From Gracilinanus agilis (taxonomy: Eukaryota), in contig NC_058131.1 of the NCBI RefSeq assembly GCF_016433145.1, positions 612,940,708 through 613,004,707 of the forward strand: DNA of 64,000 bases, in the 5' to 3' direction. Position numbers and translations under genes: made by a program. The notes below the pieces were generated by a model. The model searched no databases. It was not told the origin of the DNA and saw only the letters and a program-made list of their open reading frames with translations. Below, one piece after another: positions 1 to 14,000 of this stretch; the stretch's first letter is position 1; the number at the start of each line of letters is the position of its first letter.

Positions 1-714
1 AAACAGAACCAATAAAGTGATTTGCCTTAGACCACATAAATGATATAGGCACTCTTAACTCCAAATCCAGTATTCTTTCCACTAGTCCATGCTGCCACAA
101 CTCAGGTATTCAAAGGCTTCAGGAAACTAGAGAAGTGAAATCTGGTAGGAGTGAGGAAGGGACAAGTCAAGGATGGCATCATATTTTCTGCTCAGCCCTT
201 GGGAAATAGAAAAAAATTTTCTCTCCAATTTCATATTGATAGGCTCTAGGGGAAAGGAACTGGAGGGCCAATCTGAGAAAGGTCACTTGAGTGAATCAGT
301 CTGGTGCTGCATTTCCAGAGTGAGTATAGTTTGAAATGATGAAAGCTTCTAGGGTGGGGAAGACATTGGCCTGGATGGAATAAATTATTTCATGGTGAAG
401 AGAAGATTGTTAAATCTAGAAAATCCAACAGTAAAGCAGCCAATCAATGCAATCAACAGACAGCAAAGTTGGAAGTCTACTCTGATTGAAAGGAGGCTAT
501 GAGAACAGTAGGTTAGCACATTAGGTAGCTAACAGAATGGAATGAGGTTTAGGGAAATAGACATATGTGATTTTGGAAAATGCAAAACTACATTGAAAGA
601 GGCAAGGTAGGGTAAGACAGGAATGGTGAACTGATTCATTCATTCAGTGAATAGCCACTACATTGGGATTGGGTGAATTTGCTCTCATGGGGCACAGTCC
701 TAGATGGTATGGTG

Positions 715-1140
715 TTCCCATTCTTTTTTTTTTCTTTTTTGTATTTAGAATATTTTTCCATGGTTTACATGATTCATGATTTTCCCACTCCTCTTACCTC
801 CCCCTTCCTGAAGCTGACAAGCAGTTCTACTGGGTTATACATGTATCATTGTTCAAAACCCTAATCATATCCCTATCAAACTACATGATTGATCATATGT
901 TTTTCTTCTGCATTTCTGTTTCCATAGTTCTTTCTCTGGATATGGATAGCATTCTTTCTCATAAGTTCCTCTGGATTGTCCTGGGTTATTGCATTGCTGC
1001 TAGTAGAAAAGTCTATTATATTCGATTGTGCCATAATGTATCAGTCTCTGTGTATAATGCTCTCCTGGTTCTGCTCCTTTTGCTCTGCATTAATTCCTAG
1101 AGGTCTTTCCAGTTCACATGGAATTCTTCTAATTCATTAT
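715..1140 (-). mobile_element. L1 3'-end fragment
   Basis: Poly-T start and CCCTTCCTGAAGCTGACAAGCA.TTCTACTGGGTTAT block shared with 43430-43560 and ~20500; downstream part resembles the L1 ORF2 3' region at 20700-20900. Confidence 0.7.
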
Positions 1141-2024
1141 TCCTTTCATGCTGTTCCATTCTTACAAAGAAGAGATCCACTAGCCAATCCCATGCAAAAA
1201 GCCAGGGACTAAGGAGAAACAATTGCCTAGGGCCAGAAATAGAAAGCTCAGAGAGACACTCAACTGGAAAGAGTGGGTTCTCATCATTTATGCAAGAATT
1301 TTCAACCTCCAGAATCTCCCATGGGTTGGATTCAATAGGACAGTTGAGGGAGAAAAGCTCTGAAGGTTCTGGTGATTGAGCCTGGAGAATGACTCCTGGC
1401 AAGGTAGTGACTAGTACTTATTTCATGACCCCTTCTGCATGCCTACTCCATGCATTATATGACCTGAAACAGACTTCTGCTAGAAGACCTTGATCCTGTT
1501 GTTGTCTAAGCCAGCCTTTCCTAGAGGTCTATATAAGAAGTATCTGGAATACTCTAATCCCTAGTGCCAAGAGACTTGTCTGACTGGATGGAAAGATTGG
1601 AGAGTAGAACATGAGAATGCCCAGGTGCTAATGAAACTTCTGACACCCAGTTCTGACTATAGTTTCAAGCTGTAGTCCAGAAAATGGTTTGGGATGGGGA
1701 ATTGGAGGCTCTTGTTCTTCTGGCCTCTGAGCTCTTCAGACTTAAGAGTATTTGCTGAAACCAGGCTACCTCCTTCCACTAGTAGACTGCTGGGCTAGCT
1801 TGTTTGGTATGAGCAAATATATTTGGAAGAATAGTCAGATTGGAAGGATAAAAATGATATACTGGTTTAAGTGGTTCTCACTTGGCTATGGGTGGGGAAA
1901 GGATGCTTTAGGATGCTTCCTGTGGTCAAAGGGGGCTGCTCCTGATTGAACTTTGAGGGAAGGGAGGGCTATAGCAACTGAATCTTCGCTCAGATGACAA
2001 TTCAATGGGGTATGATATTTACAG

Positions 2025-5000
2025 CTAAAAATGAGAGCAGGAGGTATGAGCGATTCATCCAAGTGGAAAAAGCAGAAGAGGTCTCCACGCCCCCCACGAC
2101 ATGTCAGCAAAGTCATAGAGTCACCCACTCCCAATGGAGCTACCCTATCTTCCAACTTTACAGGTAAGTTTCCTTCTAGCTGAGGCTATACTTTAGCCCC
2201 AGGTTTCTGGATTTCTTTTTTTTTTTTTTTTAAACCCTTGTACTTCGGTGTATTGTCTCATAGGTGGAAGAGTGGTAAGGGTGGGCAATGGGGGTCAAGT
2301 GACTTGCCCAGGGTCACACAGCTGGGAAGTGGCTGAGGCTGGGTTTGAACCTAGGACCTCCCGTCTCTAGGCCTGGCTCTCAATCCACTGAGCTACCCAG
2401 CTGCCCCTGGATTTCTTTTGAAGAAGAGGAGAGCATTAGGTGATGGCTACTATCAGAAGACATTCTTCTAGGGCTAGAGGCATGATAATAGCCATGATCT
2501 ATATGCTGGGAGCAGATGCTTCCATTTTAATCAAATGGGGTGTAAAATCTCTGGGCTCCTATGTACTATACAAGTTGTATCGTGCACACTAGTATTCCAT
2601 GGCCCTTCAGCAACTCTGCAGTAATTTTTAAGGTCTTTTGTTCCAGGGAACTCCTAAAGATACCTGTTCTGCTGAGACAATAACTTTTCAAAGAGTATCA
2701 ACATCAATACCTAGACTAGAAAGTGAAGAGGATATGACTTTTTCTTAGCTTCTAGAATTGTTGCATTTCTTCTCTTTAAGCATATGCCAGGGGGCAGCTG
2801 GGTGGCTCAGTGGATTGAGAGCCAGGCCTAGAGACTGGAGGTCCTAGGTTCAAGTCCAGCCTCGGACACTTCCAGCTGTGTGACCTTGGGCAAGTCACTT
2901 GACCCCTATTGCCCACCCTTACCACTCCTGGGCCAAGGACGGTCCCCAGCCCGGATGAAAAAGGAGGAGGGTTGGGCGTGGGGCTAGCAACCCCACCCTG
3001 TAAAAACTACATCTGCTAAAGAAACTGCAACCTAAAGTAGGGGCAGCTGGGCTAGCTCAGTGGATTGAGAGCCAGGCCTAGAGACGAAAGGTCCTAGGTT
3101 CAAAACCCGGGCTCAGACACTTCCCAGCTGGGTGACCCTGAGCGATTTGTGTGACCCATTTCCTACTGGTTGTGGCCCTATGCTCCTAGAATGGAGTCCC
3201 AGGATAAAAAAAAAAAAAAAAAAGCATATGCTCATTTTCCAAGGGACTCTCTTTCGCAGGTGCTGTGCCCTTCATTGAAGCCTCCATGCCTATCTCCTCC
3301 ACAAGTTCTGAAGCCACCTCCACTGCTGTTAGTCCTTCAACTGACAGTGGCCTTGACCTCTCCTCTCAGACCACATCCAAGGAAGACCTCACTGACCTGG
3401 AGCAGGCAGGCTCTCTAGGACCCAACATAGCCATGGTGCCTGTAAACAATGAATTGGGCTCTCCTGAATTGTCTGATCCCCAGGTATGGTATATCCCAAG
3501 GCCCCCAATTCTCTTTTTGAGAATTAGCTGTGTTTTTGGGGTTTTTTTTGGCTCTTTGCTTTTTCCAAGCCATGGCTAATGGAAAAGGGCTTAGGAAGCA
3601 ATTCTCTCTTCTAGTGGTTCAGTAGATAGAGCACCAGTCCTAAAGTCAGGAAGACTAACCTAAGAAGTTCAGATCTATCCTTAAAACATTTACTGTGTGA
3701 CCCTGGGCAAGTCACTTAACCTCTGTTTCCTTATCTGTAAAGTGGGAATAATCATAGCACCTAGAGTTGTTCTGAGGATCAAATGAAATAATAATTATAA
3801 AATACTTAACACAGCGCCTAGTACATTATAAGAGCTTTATTTGTTATTTAGTTGTTTTAGTATTCTGGAGTAGTTTTGGCATTTCTATAGAGGGTATTAG
3901 AATAGCAAGTGGTTAATTGTGGGAATTGAGTGAGCCACACTGACCCCATCTTATGAGTTAATTCTGGAACTAATTTAGTTCCCTTTCTATTCAATTATGA
4001 CCCTAGCCTGAATTCTGTCCTATGAGAAAAGTTGATTTAATTATAGGAATTGGGAGAAGACTTTATTGCATTGTTTTAACCTAGCTTTGTGTGGCTAGGA
4101 AACTGGACCAATTGTACCTGCTGTTTAGAGACTCTTAACAAGGACCTAGGAGGTTATGTTGACCAGAAACAAAATCAGATTCTAAGATCGATGTAAGTTT
4201 TCTCATAATTGCACATCCCCAGCAACCTACGGGTCTTATCTGAAAACTGGCCCCATACTGATCAATCAATTATTGTTTCCATGGTCCTTAGATTTCTTAT
4301 AGACACTTGGAGAGACGTGGGACACCTCTTCCTGAATTAAGAGAATTGTACCTGTTCATTCTTATGCTCCCAACTTGGAAAGTCCTTAATCTTTCATCCA
4401 GTTAGAAATCAGATTACATAATATTGTATTTTTCCTTTTAATTAATTGTTTTACTGTATAAAATTTTGTTTTCCCTTGTATTTGGGGTTCAGCTCTAAAA
4501 TGAGGAAGGGATCTGATCCTGATTTGTTGGGCATTTGGCATGCATTGTTTAATAAATCAATATACTCAGAAGATCAAATTTTATTTCCTCAAGTCATTTC
4601 AGGGGTCACAAACATATGGTTGCTTAGTAACAACAAAAGCTTCAACTGCTCCAAGAATCTTCCCTTAGTCATTTCATCTTTTACTTCTCCAGCTCATTTT
4701 GCAGATAGGAAAACTGAGATAAGTAGGGTTGAGTGACTTACCTGGGTCACACAGCTAGTAAGTGTCTAAGGCCAGATTTGAACTCAGTCTTCCTGATTTC
4801 AGGCTCTATCCACTATGTCACATAACTGCCCTAAGAGCTATATAAATGCCAACTATTATTACCTCTCCATTCCAGTAATATTTCTTCAAAGACATGGCTT
4901 ACAGGGAAAAGAGAAGATTAGAGGAGATAATATGAAATGAATTGCACAGAGTCACCCAACCACTTAGTGGCAGAACTAGTACTAGAACTCTATTGACTCC

Positions 5001-7974
5001 TAGTCCAGTGCCTTTTCTACTACCCTGCACTATCTTTTGCTGTCTCTTAATGTTTCAATGCCAAAAGATCTGGGTCCAGAAAGAATATCCCTATGTATGT
5101 TCCAAAGGAGGAAATTTTTCTTAGAACTCAACCTTTTAAGACTAAGCTCTCTGCCTTCATTGGACCTCCTTACTTCCTCTATACCTCTTCAGCTTATTGT
5201 AAAATGAAGGGTTTGTCCTAGATAAGCTTTCACTTCCATTCCATCTTTTAAGAATTCTATAATTCTGTGCCATAGCATGAAGTGACCCAGGTGGAAAAGG
5301 TCCAGTCAGCATCTGTGGAGTCCATCCCTGAGGTATTAGAAGAATGTAATTCTTTAGCCGACCATTCAGATTCAGCCTCTGTCCATGACATGGACTATGT
5401 CAACCCCCGGGGTGTTCGCTTTACACAGTCCTCCCAGAAAGAAGGTGAGTGCTGTCAGTTTGGTGGTTCTTCCTCTTTTTCTCCTCACCCTACCTCCCCA
5501 AACTCTATCTAGTGCCCAGGAAGCTCAAGCATTTTAGGTGATTTCTACTTGCTGAGCTAAATTCTCTGTCCATCTCTGCTCTAATCATCAGGAATTTGAA
5601 ATTGTTAGGGAATTGTTAGCAGTCTGTAGAATAAACTTGGGAGAATCGAAGGAAAAGCACTTTTCTTTCTGTTAAAAAAAAAAAACAAAAAAACTTTTGT
5701 TGATGCCTTGTTCTTATATCATATCTTTTCCTTCATATTTCCCTTTCTTTCCCCTATCCAGCAAGCCCTCTTTTGAAATAAACATTTAAAAAGAAAGAGA
5801 AAAAAGCAATTTATATAAGTTCTTTAGCAATCATTGTTTGACTGGATTTGTCCTGTATTACTAGAAACTCTCTAAGGGGCTAATTATTTTAAGTTCTTTG
5901 TTTTCCCTTCTTGCCTTCTCCAGGGACAGCATTGGTCCCCTATGGCCTCCCTTGTATTCGTGAGCTCTTCCGCTTCCTTATCTCTCTAACCAACCCTCAT
6001 GACCGACACAACTCAGAGGTTATGATCCACATGGGATTGCAGCTACTGACTGTGGCCCTTGAGTCTGCACCTGTGGCCCAGTGCCAGACTTTGTTAGGCC
6101 TCATCAAGGATGAAATGTGCCGTCACCTATTCCAGGTGAAAATGGGGATAATTAAAAGGGTGGGAGGCTAGTTTCACCAGCACAGGTGTTCAGTCCCTCA
6201 TGACAATGAGGATGGGGTAGTAAGTGCTGGGAAAGAAAAGCTTGGTTTATTTGTGTGAAAGGTGGGTGAGGCTTCCCTACCCATTGCCCAGCCAATCCAG
6301 GGTAAAGGTTCTCTAGTCTTCATCAGTAATGCTGGCACAAGGAATGAGGTGTGAGAATTACCAAATACAAATAACTCTTTAGAGACCTGAATTTAAAGTC
6401 AAGCCTTACTCTGGCTAAGCAGTGGCAAATAGCAGAAACTTTATGGCTTTTCCTGCTTTTTTCTCTAGTTGCTAAGTGTGGAGCGACTAAGCCTATATGC
6501 AGCCTCCCTCCGGGTATGCTTCCTGCTCTTTGAGAGCATGCGAGAACACCTCAAATTCCAAATGGAGGTGAGTTATCTGACCATACTGGAGTGAAGAACA
6601 TAGGGTGCTGAAACTGAAGGCTTTGCTCTTCCAGAGGATGGGATTCAGGAATTTGTAGATGAGTTATTGGCCATCTAAGGAAGAGCTCATTGTGGGATAC
6701 CTATCATTTCCCTTAGGGAAGGCATGGTTCCAAAAAAGAATCAAGGGACTTGTACAGTAAAATTGGGACTAGGGTGGTGGGATGGGGGACCTCCAGCTTT
6801 GGGACTAGCTTGTTTATCTGGCAGTCCCTTTTAAGCCCAAGTGAGTTGCAGGAAGGAATTGAAAGCAAGACTAGATCCCTTGATAATCAACTCATTGGGA
6901 AAGAAATCTGGCAGCTTTGGGCTGGCTAAAACCAGAAGTTGAAAGGCAGGCTTTATTCCTGAGTAAAGTGGCCATGTGTTCCTAAAGTTTGGGAGCATAT
7001 GTGAGGTTCTCTTAGATGAATTTCCATAACGCTTGACACTCAGCCTTGATGAGCAGTGTAGTGCTTATCTGCTCCTTCCCCTCTGTTTATTGTTTCTTCT
7101 GTCTTTCTGTATCTTTTTACCTTTACCTTTGCTCTATCCCAATGGGAATCCATGATTGCTGCTAGATGTACATCAAAAAACTCATGGAGATAATCACTGT
7201 GGAGAACCCTAAGATGCCTTATGAAATGAAGGAGATGGCACTAGAAGCTATAGTCCAGCTCTGGAGAATCCCCAGCTTTGTTACTGAGCTCTACATAAAC
7301 TATGACTGTGACTACTATTGCTCCAACCTCTTTGAAGACCTCACAAAGCTGCTGTCTAAGGTGCTGAGGGCTTCTGTGGTGGCTTCCATGAGCCTTTAGA
7401 AGGAAAATATTGAGGAAGAAAAATTTGTATGTTGGTTATAGCACAGAGAGGGAGGGACAAGTTAACAGAAGGTGGAAAGAGAGTGTACTAGAGCAATATG
7501 GGAGGATATGGGAGGTTTCAGGATNNNNNNNNNNNNNNNNNNNNNNNNNNNNNNNNNNNNNNNNNNNNNNNNNNNNNNNNNNNNNNNNNNNNNNNNNNNN
7601 NNNNNNNNNNNNNNNNNNNNNNNNNNNNNNNNNNNNNNNNNNNNNNNNNNNNNNNNNNNNNNNNNNNATATAGAATTAAGAGTATTTTCCTCTACATAAG
7701 GGGTAAGAACCTTGGAAAGTATGTTGGATCAGTGTCTTAGCTTTCACTATTTGTTTCCCAGAATGCCTTCCCTGTCTCTGGGCAGCTTTATACAACACAC
7801 CTGCTCTCTCTTGATGCACTGTTGACAGTGATTGACAGTACGGAGGCCCATTGCCAGGCCAAAGTCTTGAACAACCTCATCCAGCAGGAGAAGAAAGAGG
7901 CAGCTAAACCCAATCCCGAGATGGTGGATGGCACTAAAGAAGTCATCAGCAGTGAGAGGCCTTTTTCTTTCTTN

Positions 7975-8019
<45 letters not shown>

Positions 8020-11000
8020 CAGTTAAAGTTGGGTTAAAAATATAGAATTAAGAGTATTTTCCTCTACATAAGGGGTAAGAACCTTGGAAAGTATGTTGGA
8101 TCAGTGTCTTAGCTTTCACTATTTGTTTCCCAGAATGCCTTCCCTGTCTCTGGGCAGCTTTATACAACACACCTGCTCTCTCTTGATGCACTGTTGACAG
8201 TGATTGACAGTACGGAGGCCCATTGCCAGGCCAAAGTCTTGAACAACCTCATCCAGCAGGAGAAGAAAGAGGCAGCTAAACCCAATCCCGAGATGGTGGA
8301 TGGCACTAAAGAAGTCATCAGCAGTGAGAGGCCTTTTTCTTTCTTAGAGCCCTAGGCCCCAGTAGCATGAGCTCCTATCTTACCCGATATTGTATTTTCA
8401 GGGTTTGAAGCTCTGAACTTCCTCCTCAGGCAAAATGAATGTGCTGTAGTACCTATGTCCCATTCTCCTAGAGGTCTCTGACTTTCTGTGTTTAGTATTC
8501 TTTGACTCAGCTGATATAGGCCACTATATAACTATTTTGAACTTAGGTTTCTGATTCTCTGGGATGCTTCCCCAGTAGAGATTATTGGAGCCTCCTTGGC
8601 ATTGGAGCTCAAAGTCTAGTGGGATACTCCCTGTTCCTCTTTGCTTTCCTTCTGAAGCTCTGCTCCACTGTCCTCCCCCTTTGCTGAATTTTTTTTACCA
8701 TTTTTAGAGAAAACTCCTAAGGACTGCCATGATCTGACCAGTACTGAGCTGACTGGTATTGCACTTACTTTTGGAAATGAGAATAGAATACTTCTAATCT
8801 ATAGCTGGCATTGTTAATCAATGAGGTAATATACATAAATCACTTTGCAAACATTAAACTACTCTCTAGTTAGGGAAATATAGGGAACTCCAGGTAAGGA
8901 AATTACTTTCCTCTGTAGGTCTCTACCTTCTCAGTTACTCAAAGACTTAGAGAGTTTCTAGAGCACTCAGAGATGAAGTGATTTGTCCAGGGTCAAACAG
9001 CCAGAATGTGTCAGAATTGGCTTCCTGGCTTCTGGTCTGACCCTATTTACTAAGCTATGCTCCCTTCACTCTATGAATGTTAGCTATTATCATTATCATT
9101 GTGAGTAGACCCTTAATAAATGCTTGTTGACTCAACAAGCACTTTGACACTCTCTTGGATTCAAGGAAAGTCACAACCCAAGATTGCATTCTTTTAGCCT
9201 CTGGTTAGAATGATGGAGGCTCTTTCCAGTAGTTTCTGTGATAAATGTTTCTCTACCCACAACCCTCTCCTCCTCCCCACCCCAATTTCTGGCTTCTGCT
9301 TTTCCAATTAGTAGTATTTTAAACTTGAACAAATATGATTGACTACCACTAGTTGAGCCTTTCCTTCATTTGGGCATTTACTCAGACATGCTTTACCAGT
9401 CTTCCTTTCACTCAGTGTGGGGGGAAAAGGTAAAGGAAAATCATATCCATATTTATTCAGACAGATTCCTAACAACCAAAAAAGAACAGTTCATTCAAAA
9501 ATTCACCTAGAACTCTGATTCTTCACACTTTTTTTCTCACCTACAGGCAGTGAACAAGCAGCCAGTGATGGAAAACACCCAGGGACAAACCCCGATCACC
9601 CAGGGCTGCATCCACCTGGGGGAGGGCAGTTGCTGGCTGAGCAGGGAAAATTGGGCTGCAGTGACCTGGAGGAAGGTGGTGATGCAGGTGGTGGGTGTTG
9701 GGTCCCACAGGGCTTTCTTGGGTAGAGGACTTCTCAGGAACATGCAGAGAAAGGAAGAAAATGTTTATTGATTGATTGAAAGAAAGAAAGAAAAAAAACC
9801 TAGGAATTCTTTTGGTGGGGCCTGGCTGCTTACCATCTCTTTAGACTCATGGAGAAAGGGAACCCCAGAGCTTATGGAGTTACTGTCCATGGTTCTGAGG
9901 GCTGCTGTAAGGGCTTCTTTACATTTTCCATAAGGAAGGCATTATTGAGGAGAAGAAGCTGTCTAGGAGCAATACATACTTGTGAGAACTGAGAGAAGGA
10001 AGAAAAGGGAAAAGTGATTGGTTTATAGAACACTGAAAAAATTAAGTGGGAAACAATAGGATTGTAGAAAAGGGTGCTTATGTAGGTAAAATGATGAAAA
10101 GTTATATCTGGATCCCAGAAGAGAAATAGAAGAAATTAAAACAAGAAGCCTGGAGGGAACCAAGGAATCCTGGAGGCATCTTAAGCTCTCCCAAAGGAAC
10201 AAATCAATTCTAGGGCCTCAAAAAGAGAAAGAAAGGAAGTAGCTCATTGCGTTCTCAAATTCTTTTTCTCCTTAGCCGACAAAAAAATTCCCCGGAAGCC
10301 ACCTCGGTTTTCCTGCCTCCTTCCAAGTCCTCAGGAATTGATCAAGATTAAAAGCAAGAAAAAGGTATGAAAATCAATTATGCTCTATTCCCAGTTTTTC
10401 TTTAGATGACTTTTATCCTAAGGGTTCCCAGAGGATTTGGCATCTCATACAAATCATTGAAGAAAATTTGTTAGACTCCCAGATTATTAGTTGGTTAGGA
10501 CTTCAGTAACCTTTTGCATCTTCTTCACATTTCTGAGACACCTGTGGGTGGGAACAACAACTAGGACTAGATTATTTGCCAAAGCCCAAAGCCTAGCCCT
10601 TCACTTATGCCTATAGAAAAGGAATAGATTGAATTGGAAGAATGGGAGTTGGTGAAAATAGTAGGAACACAAGTTGCTGATATTATCTCGGTCACAAAGA
10701 AGGTTCATTGGGTCATTTCTCTGATTGTAGGAGCTACAGGGAATTGACATTTATTCTGGTGCTTTAGTAAAGTTCATGTAGATGTTTGTGCTTTTGGATT
10801 TCTTAATAAAATGGAACCTCTTTTAAAACCACTTCTGCCATTTTCTTTCTATCACCCTCTTTCCCCCACCCCCAGGTTGCCTGCCTGTTCCCAGGGGCAG
10901 ACTGGATATCTTTGATTTGTCTGTCCCTGTCTATACTTGGGTAAACATAGACCTTACTCATCCCCATGGCCATCCATCCCCAGCCCTCAACAGGAGGGCA

Positions 11001-14000
11001 CAACACATACAGCACCCAAGGAAGAGGGGTGTAAACAAGTTAGGCTTCAGGATGTCATGCAGCTAAGAAGGCTCAGGGGAAAGAGCTAAGACTAGAGAGT
11101 CAAAGAAGTTTTCTTTTGGTCCTTCTTCCATCCACTTCAAGGGCCACATCAGCTATATTGTGGACATTTATTTTGTAAATGAAATGTTCATTCCACTGAA
11201 AGACATTTGAAGTTAGAAATTAGAATATGTCCTAGGCTTTTCTTTTGGAGCTCTCTCTACTGAAAAGATGGAGTAATACTACCTATTTGAGGAACAAGAA
11301 ACCCATGAAGGAACAGGGAGCCAGACCTACCTTTAAAGTCTATCCAGGGGATAGCTAGATGCCTCAGTTGATTGAGAGCCAGGCCCGGAGATGGGAGATC
11401 CTGGGTTCAAATGTAGCCTCAGATACTTTCTAGCTATGTGGCCCTGGGGAAGTCCTTTAACACCATTGCCTAGCCCTTACCACTCTTGTGCCTTGAAACC
11501 AATACAATTTCAAGAATAAGACAGAAGGTTAGGGGTTTTTTTTTGGTTTGTTTAACTATCCAGTTTGGATGCAGAGGGGATCTAATACTTTGAGCCTTTT
11601 CTCACAGCTACTGATCACAGGCACAGAACAATTCAACCAGAAACCAAAGAAAGGGATTCAGTTCTTACAGGAGAAGGGTCTTCTGACTATCCCCATGGAC
11701 AACAATGAAGTTGCCCAGTGGCTTCGAGAGAACCCTAGACTGGACAAGAAGATGATAGGAGAGTTTGTGAGTGACCGAAAGAACCTTGATCTGCTGGAGA
11801 GCTTTGTGGGGTAAGCGAACAGTAGAGCAGCCTCCTAGTCAGAGAAAGTAATATGGCCTAGGATGAGTCAGGTTTTTGACTTCCCCCACCTCACTTTTCA
11901 GCTCATAGAGATGACTGGCAGATCTTTACTTGAAGCTTTCTCGTTTGGAAAAGTGGTTCATTTTTGACTAGAGGTCCAGACAAAGTTTTTTGCAATTCTC
12001 ACCACTCCTTGATGGGGCCCAGTTGCAATGTAAATGCAGGATGGGTCAGATATACTGGTTTCCTATTTCTGTTGAAGCCTTGCTTGGAAGTGGAAAGATG
12101 AGGGTTCCTTGGCTTCAATTTGGATAGGGTGGTATTAAGTCACTAGAGCTGGAATTCTTCACCTTTTTGGACTATGGACCCCTTCAGCAATCTGGTCATA
12201 TCTCCAAACCACTTCTCATAATAGTATTTTTGAATGCAAAAAAATATATGTATAGAATAACAAAAGAAACCAATTGTATTGAAATACAGTGATCAAAATA
12301 TGGAGCAGGGGTGGGGAATGAAGTTTTCCAACTCCAGCTTAAGAACCTTTGCCAGGGGCAGCTAGGTAGCTTAGTGGATAGACAGCCAAGCCTGGAGATG
12401 GGAGGTCCTAGGTTCAAATCTGTCCTCAGACATGTCCTAGCTATGGTGATCCCAGACAAGTCACTGGACAAGTCACCATTACCTAGCCCTTTCTACTCTT
12501 CTGCCTTGAGACTGATATTTAATACTAATTCTAAGTTGGGAGGTAAGGGTTTTAATAAAAGAAAAAAAAATTTGTATAGTGGTGAAAAGTTATGGATGCA
12601 AAGTACCAGGATTTGGGGGCTAGAAGTATCTAATGTTATATTATCCAATGTTATTAATACAGTGGGGAGGACTAGGAGGTTTCCTCACTGATCATGGGAG
12701 GGACGTAGATTAGAAGGCTTGTGACATATGGAAAGGCAGATTTATTGCTCTATAATCAGGGCTTACTAGCCTCATCACCTTTCCCTCCCCCATTCAGCAC
12801 CTTCAGTTTCCAGGGTTTACGATTAGATGAAGCTCTACGTCTCTACCTGGAGGCCTTTCGCTTGCCAGGAGAAGCACCTGTCATTCAGAGATTACTGGAG
12901 GCTTTTACAGAACACTGGAGGGTAGGTTTGTGTTTGGGAAGGGAAGATTTGGGGAAACAAACCTTTGATTTCAAGTATAACTGAGAACCATGTGGCTCCC
13001 ACTGCTATCTCCTGGCCAAGAGTCTAGTGGCAACAGCCAGCTTTCCTCAAGGAAAAGGGGGCATAAGCCCCTAATCTAAGGTTAGCAGGGATTTTATGTT
13101 TTGCCTCAGCACTTAACTGGCTTCCATATAAGCACCAGCCTATGGGTTAGGGGGTAGATAGAGATTAACTGAAGAAAGGGCAGAAGACTTGGACATTGAT
13201 AGTTGTGGGGTTTCTGCTTTTCAGACATGTAATGGCTCCCCATTTGCAAATAGTGATGCCTGCTTTGCCCTGGCCTATGCTGTTATCATGCTCAACACTG
13301 ACCAGCACAACCACAATGTTCGGAAACAGAATGTACCCATGACCCTGGAGGTGAGCATATATCCCTACCTAGGCAGAGCTACCCCCAGCATTAGATTATG
13401 GGGGTGGGGAACATGTAGGTCCTGATCTAGAAGGGGAGTGACAGAGATTCCATCTGAGGTTAAGCCAAGTTAGAGATCTCTGTCATGGTCATTCTTCCCC
13501 TGAATGGGTTAGATGAAAGTCTATATTATATACAAAGCACTGGAAATCATCACAATTAGCTAAAATAGTCTTTACCTTCATGGAGTTTACATACTATTAC
13601 TTGGGGATTACAACCCAAGTATAAATGTGAATAGGCAGAAACAGTGAAGTCAGATGAAGGAACAGATTTAGGCATGAGTTTAAATTTCGTTTTTGATTAG
13701 ATAAATTTGAAATTCTAGTGAGATATCCAAATAAAGGTAAGGCAATTAGAGATAAGGAGTTAATAAGAGAAGTTAGGATTGAAGACGTAGAGTTGAAAGT
13801 CATCTGTGTAAAAGTAATGCTTGAACCTTAATGAATGAGATTGTTAAGAGAAATAGTTTGGAGAGACAGGAATAGGTAGACCCTAGAAGGATACCCACAT
13901 AAAGGACTCAGTTGGGTAAAGGATAAGGAGCCAGTGAAGGAGAGGAGCAAATTTCAAGGTGGGCATCAAATTAGGATAGGATATGATAGGAAGATATCTC

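Noticed and set aside
2790-2870. tRNA-like A/B boxes here and in other copies
   Set aside because: These are SINE heads, not tRNA genes: no cloverleaf, and they continue into SINE body and poly(A).
12794-12802. TTCAGCACC RE1 left half in GBF1
   Set aside because: It coincides with a splice acceptor and coding sequence, and has no right half.
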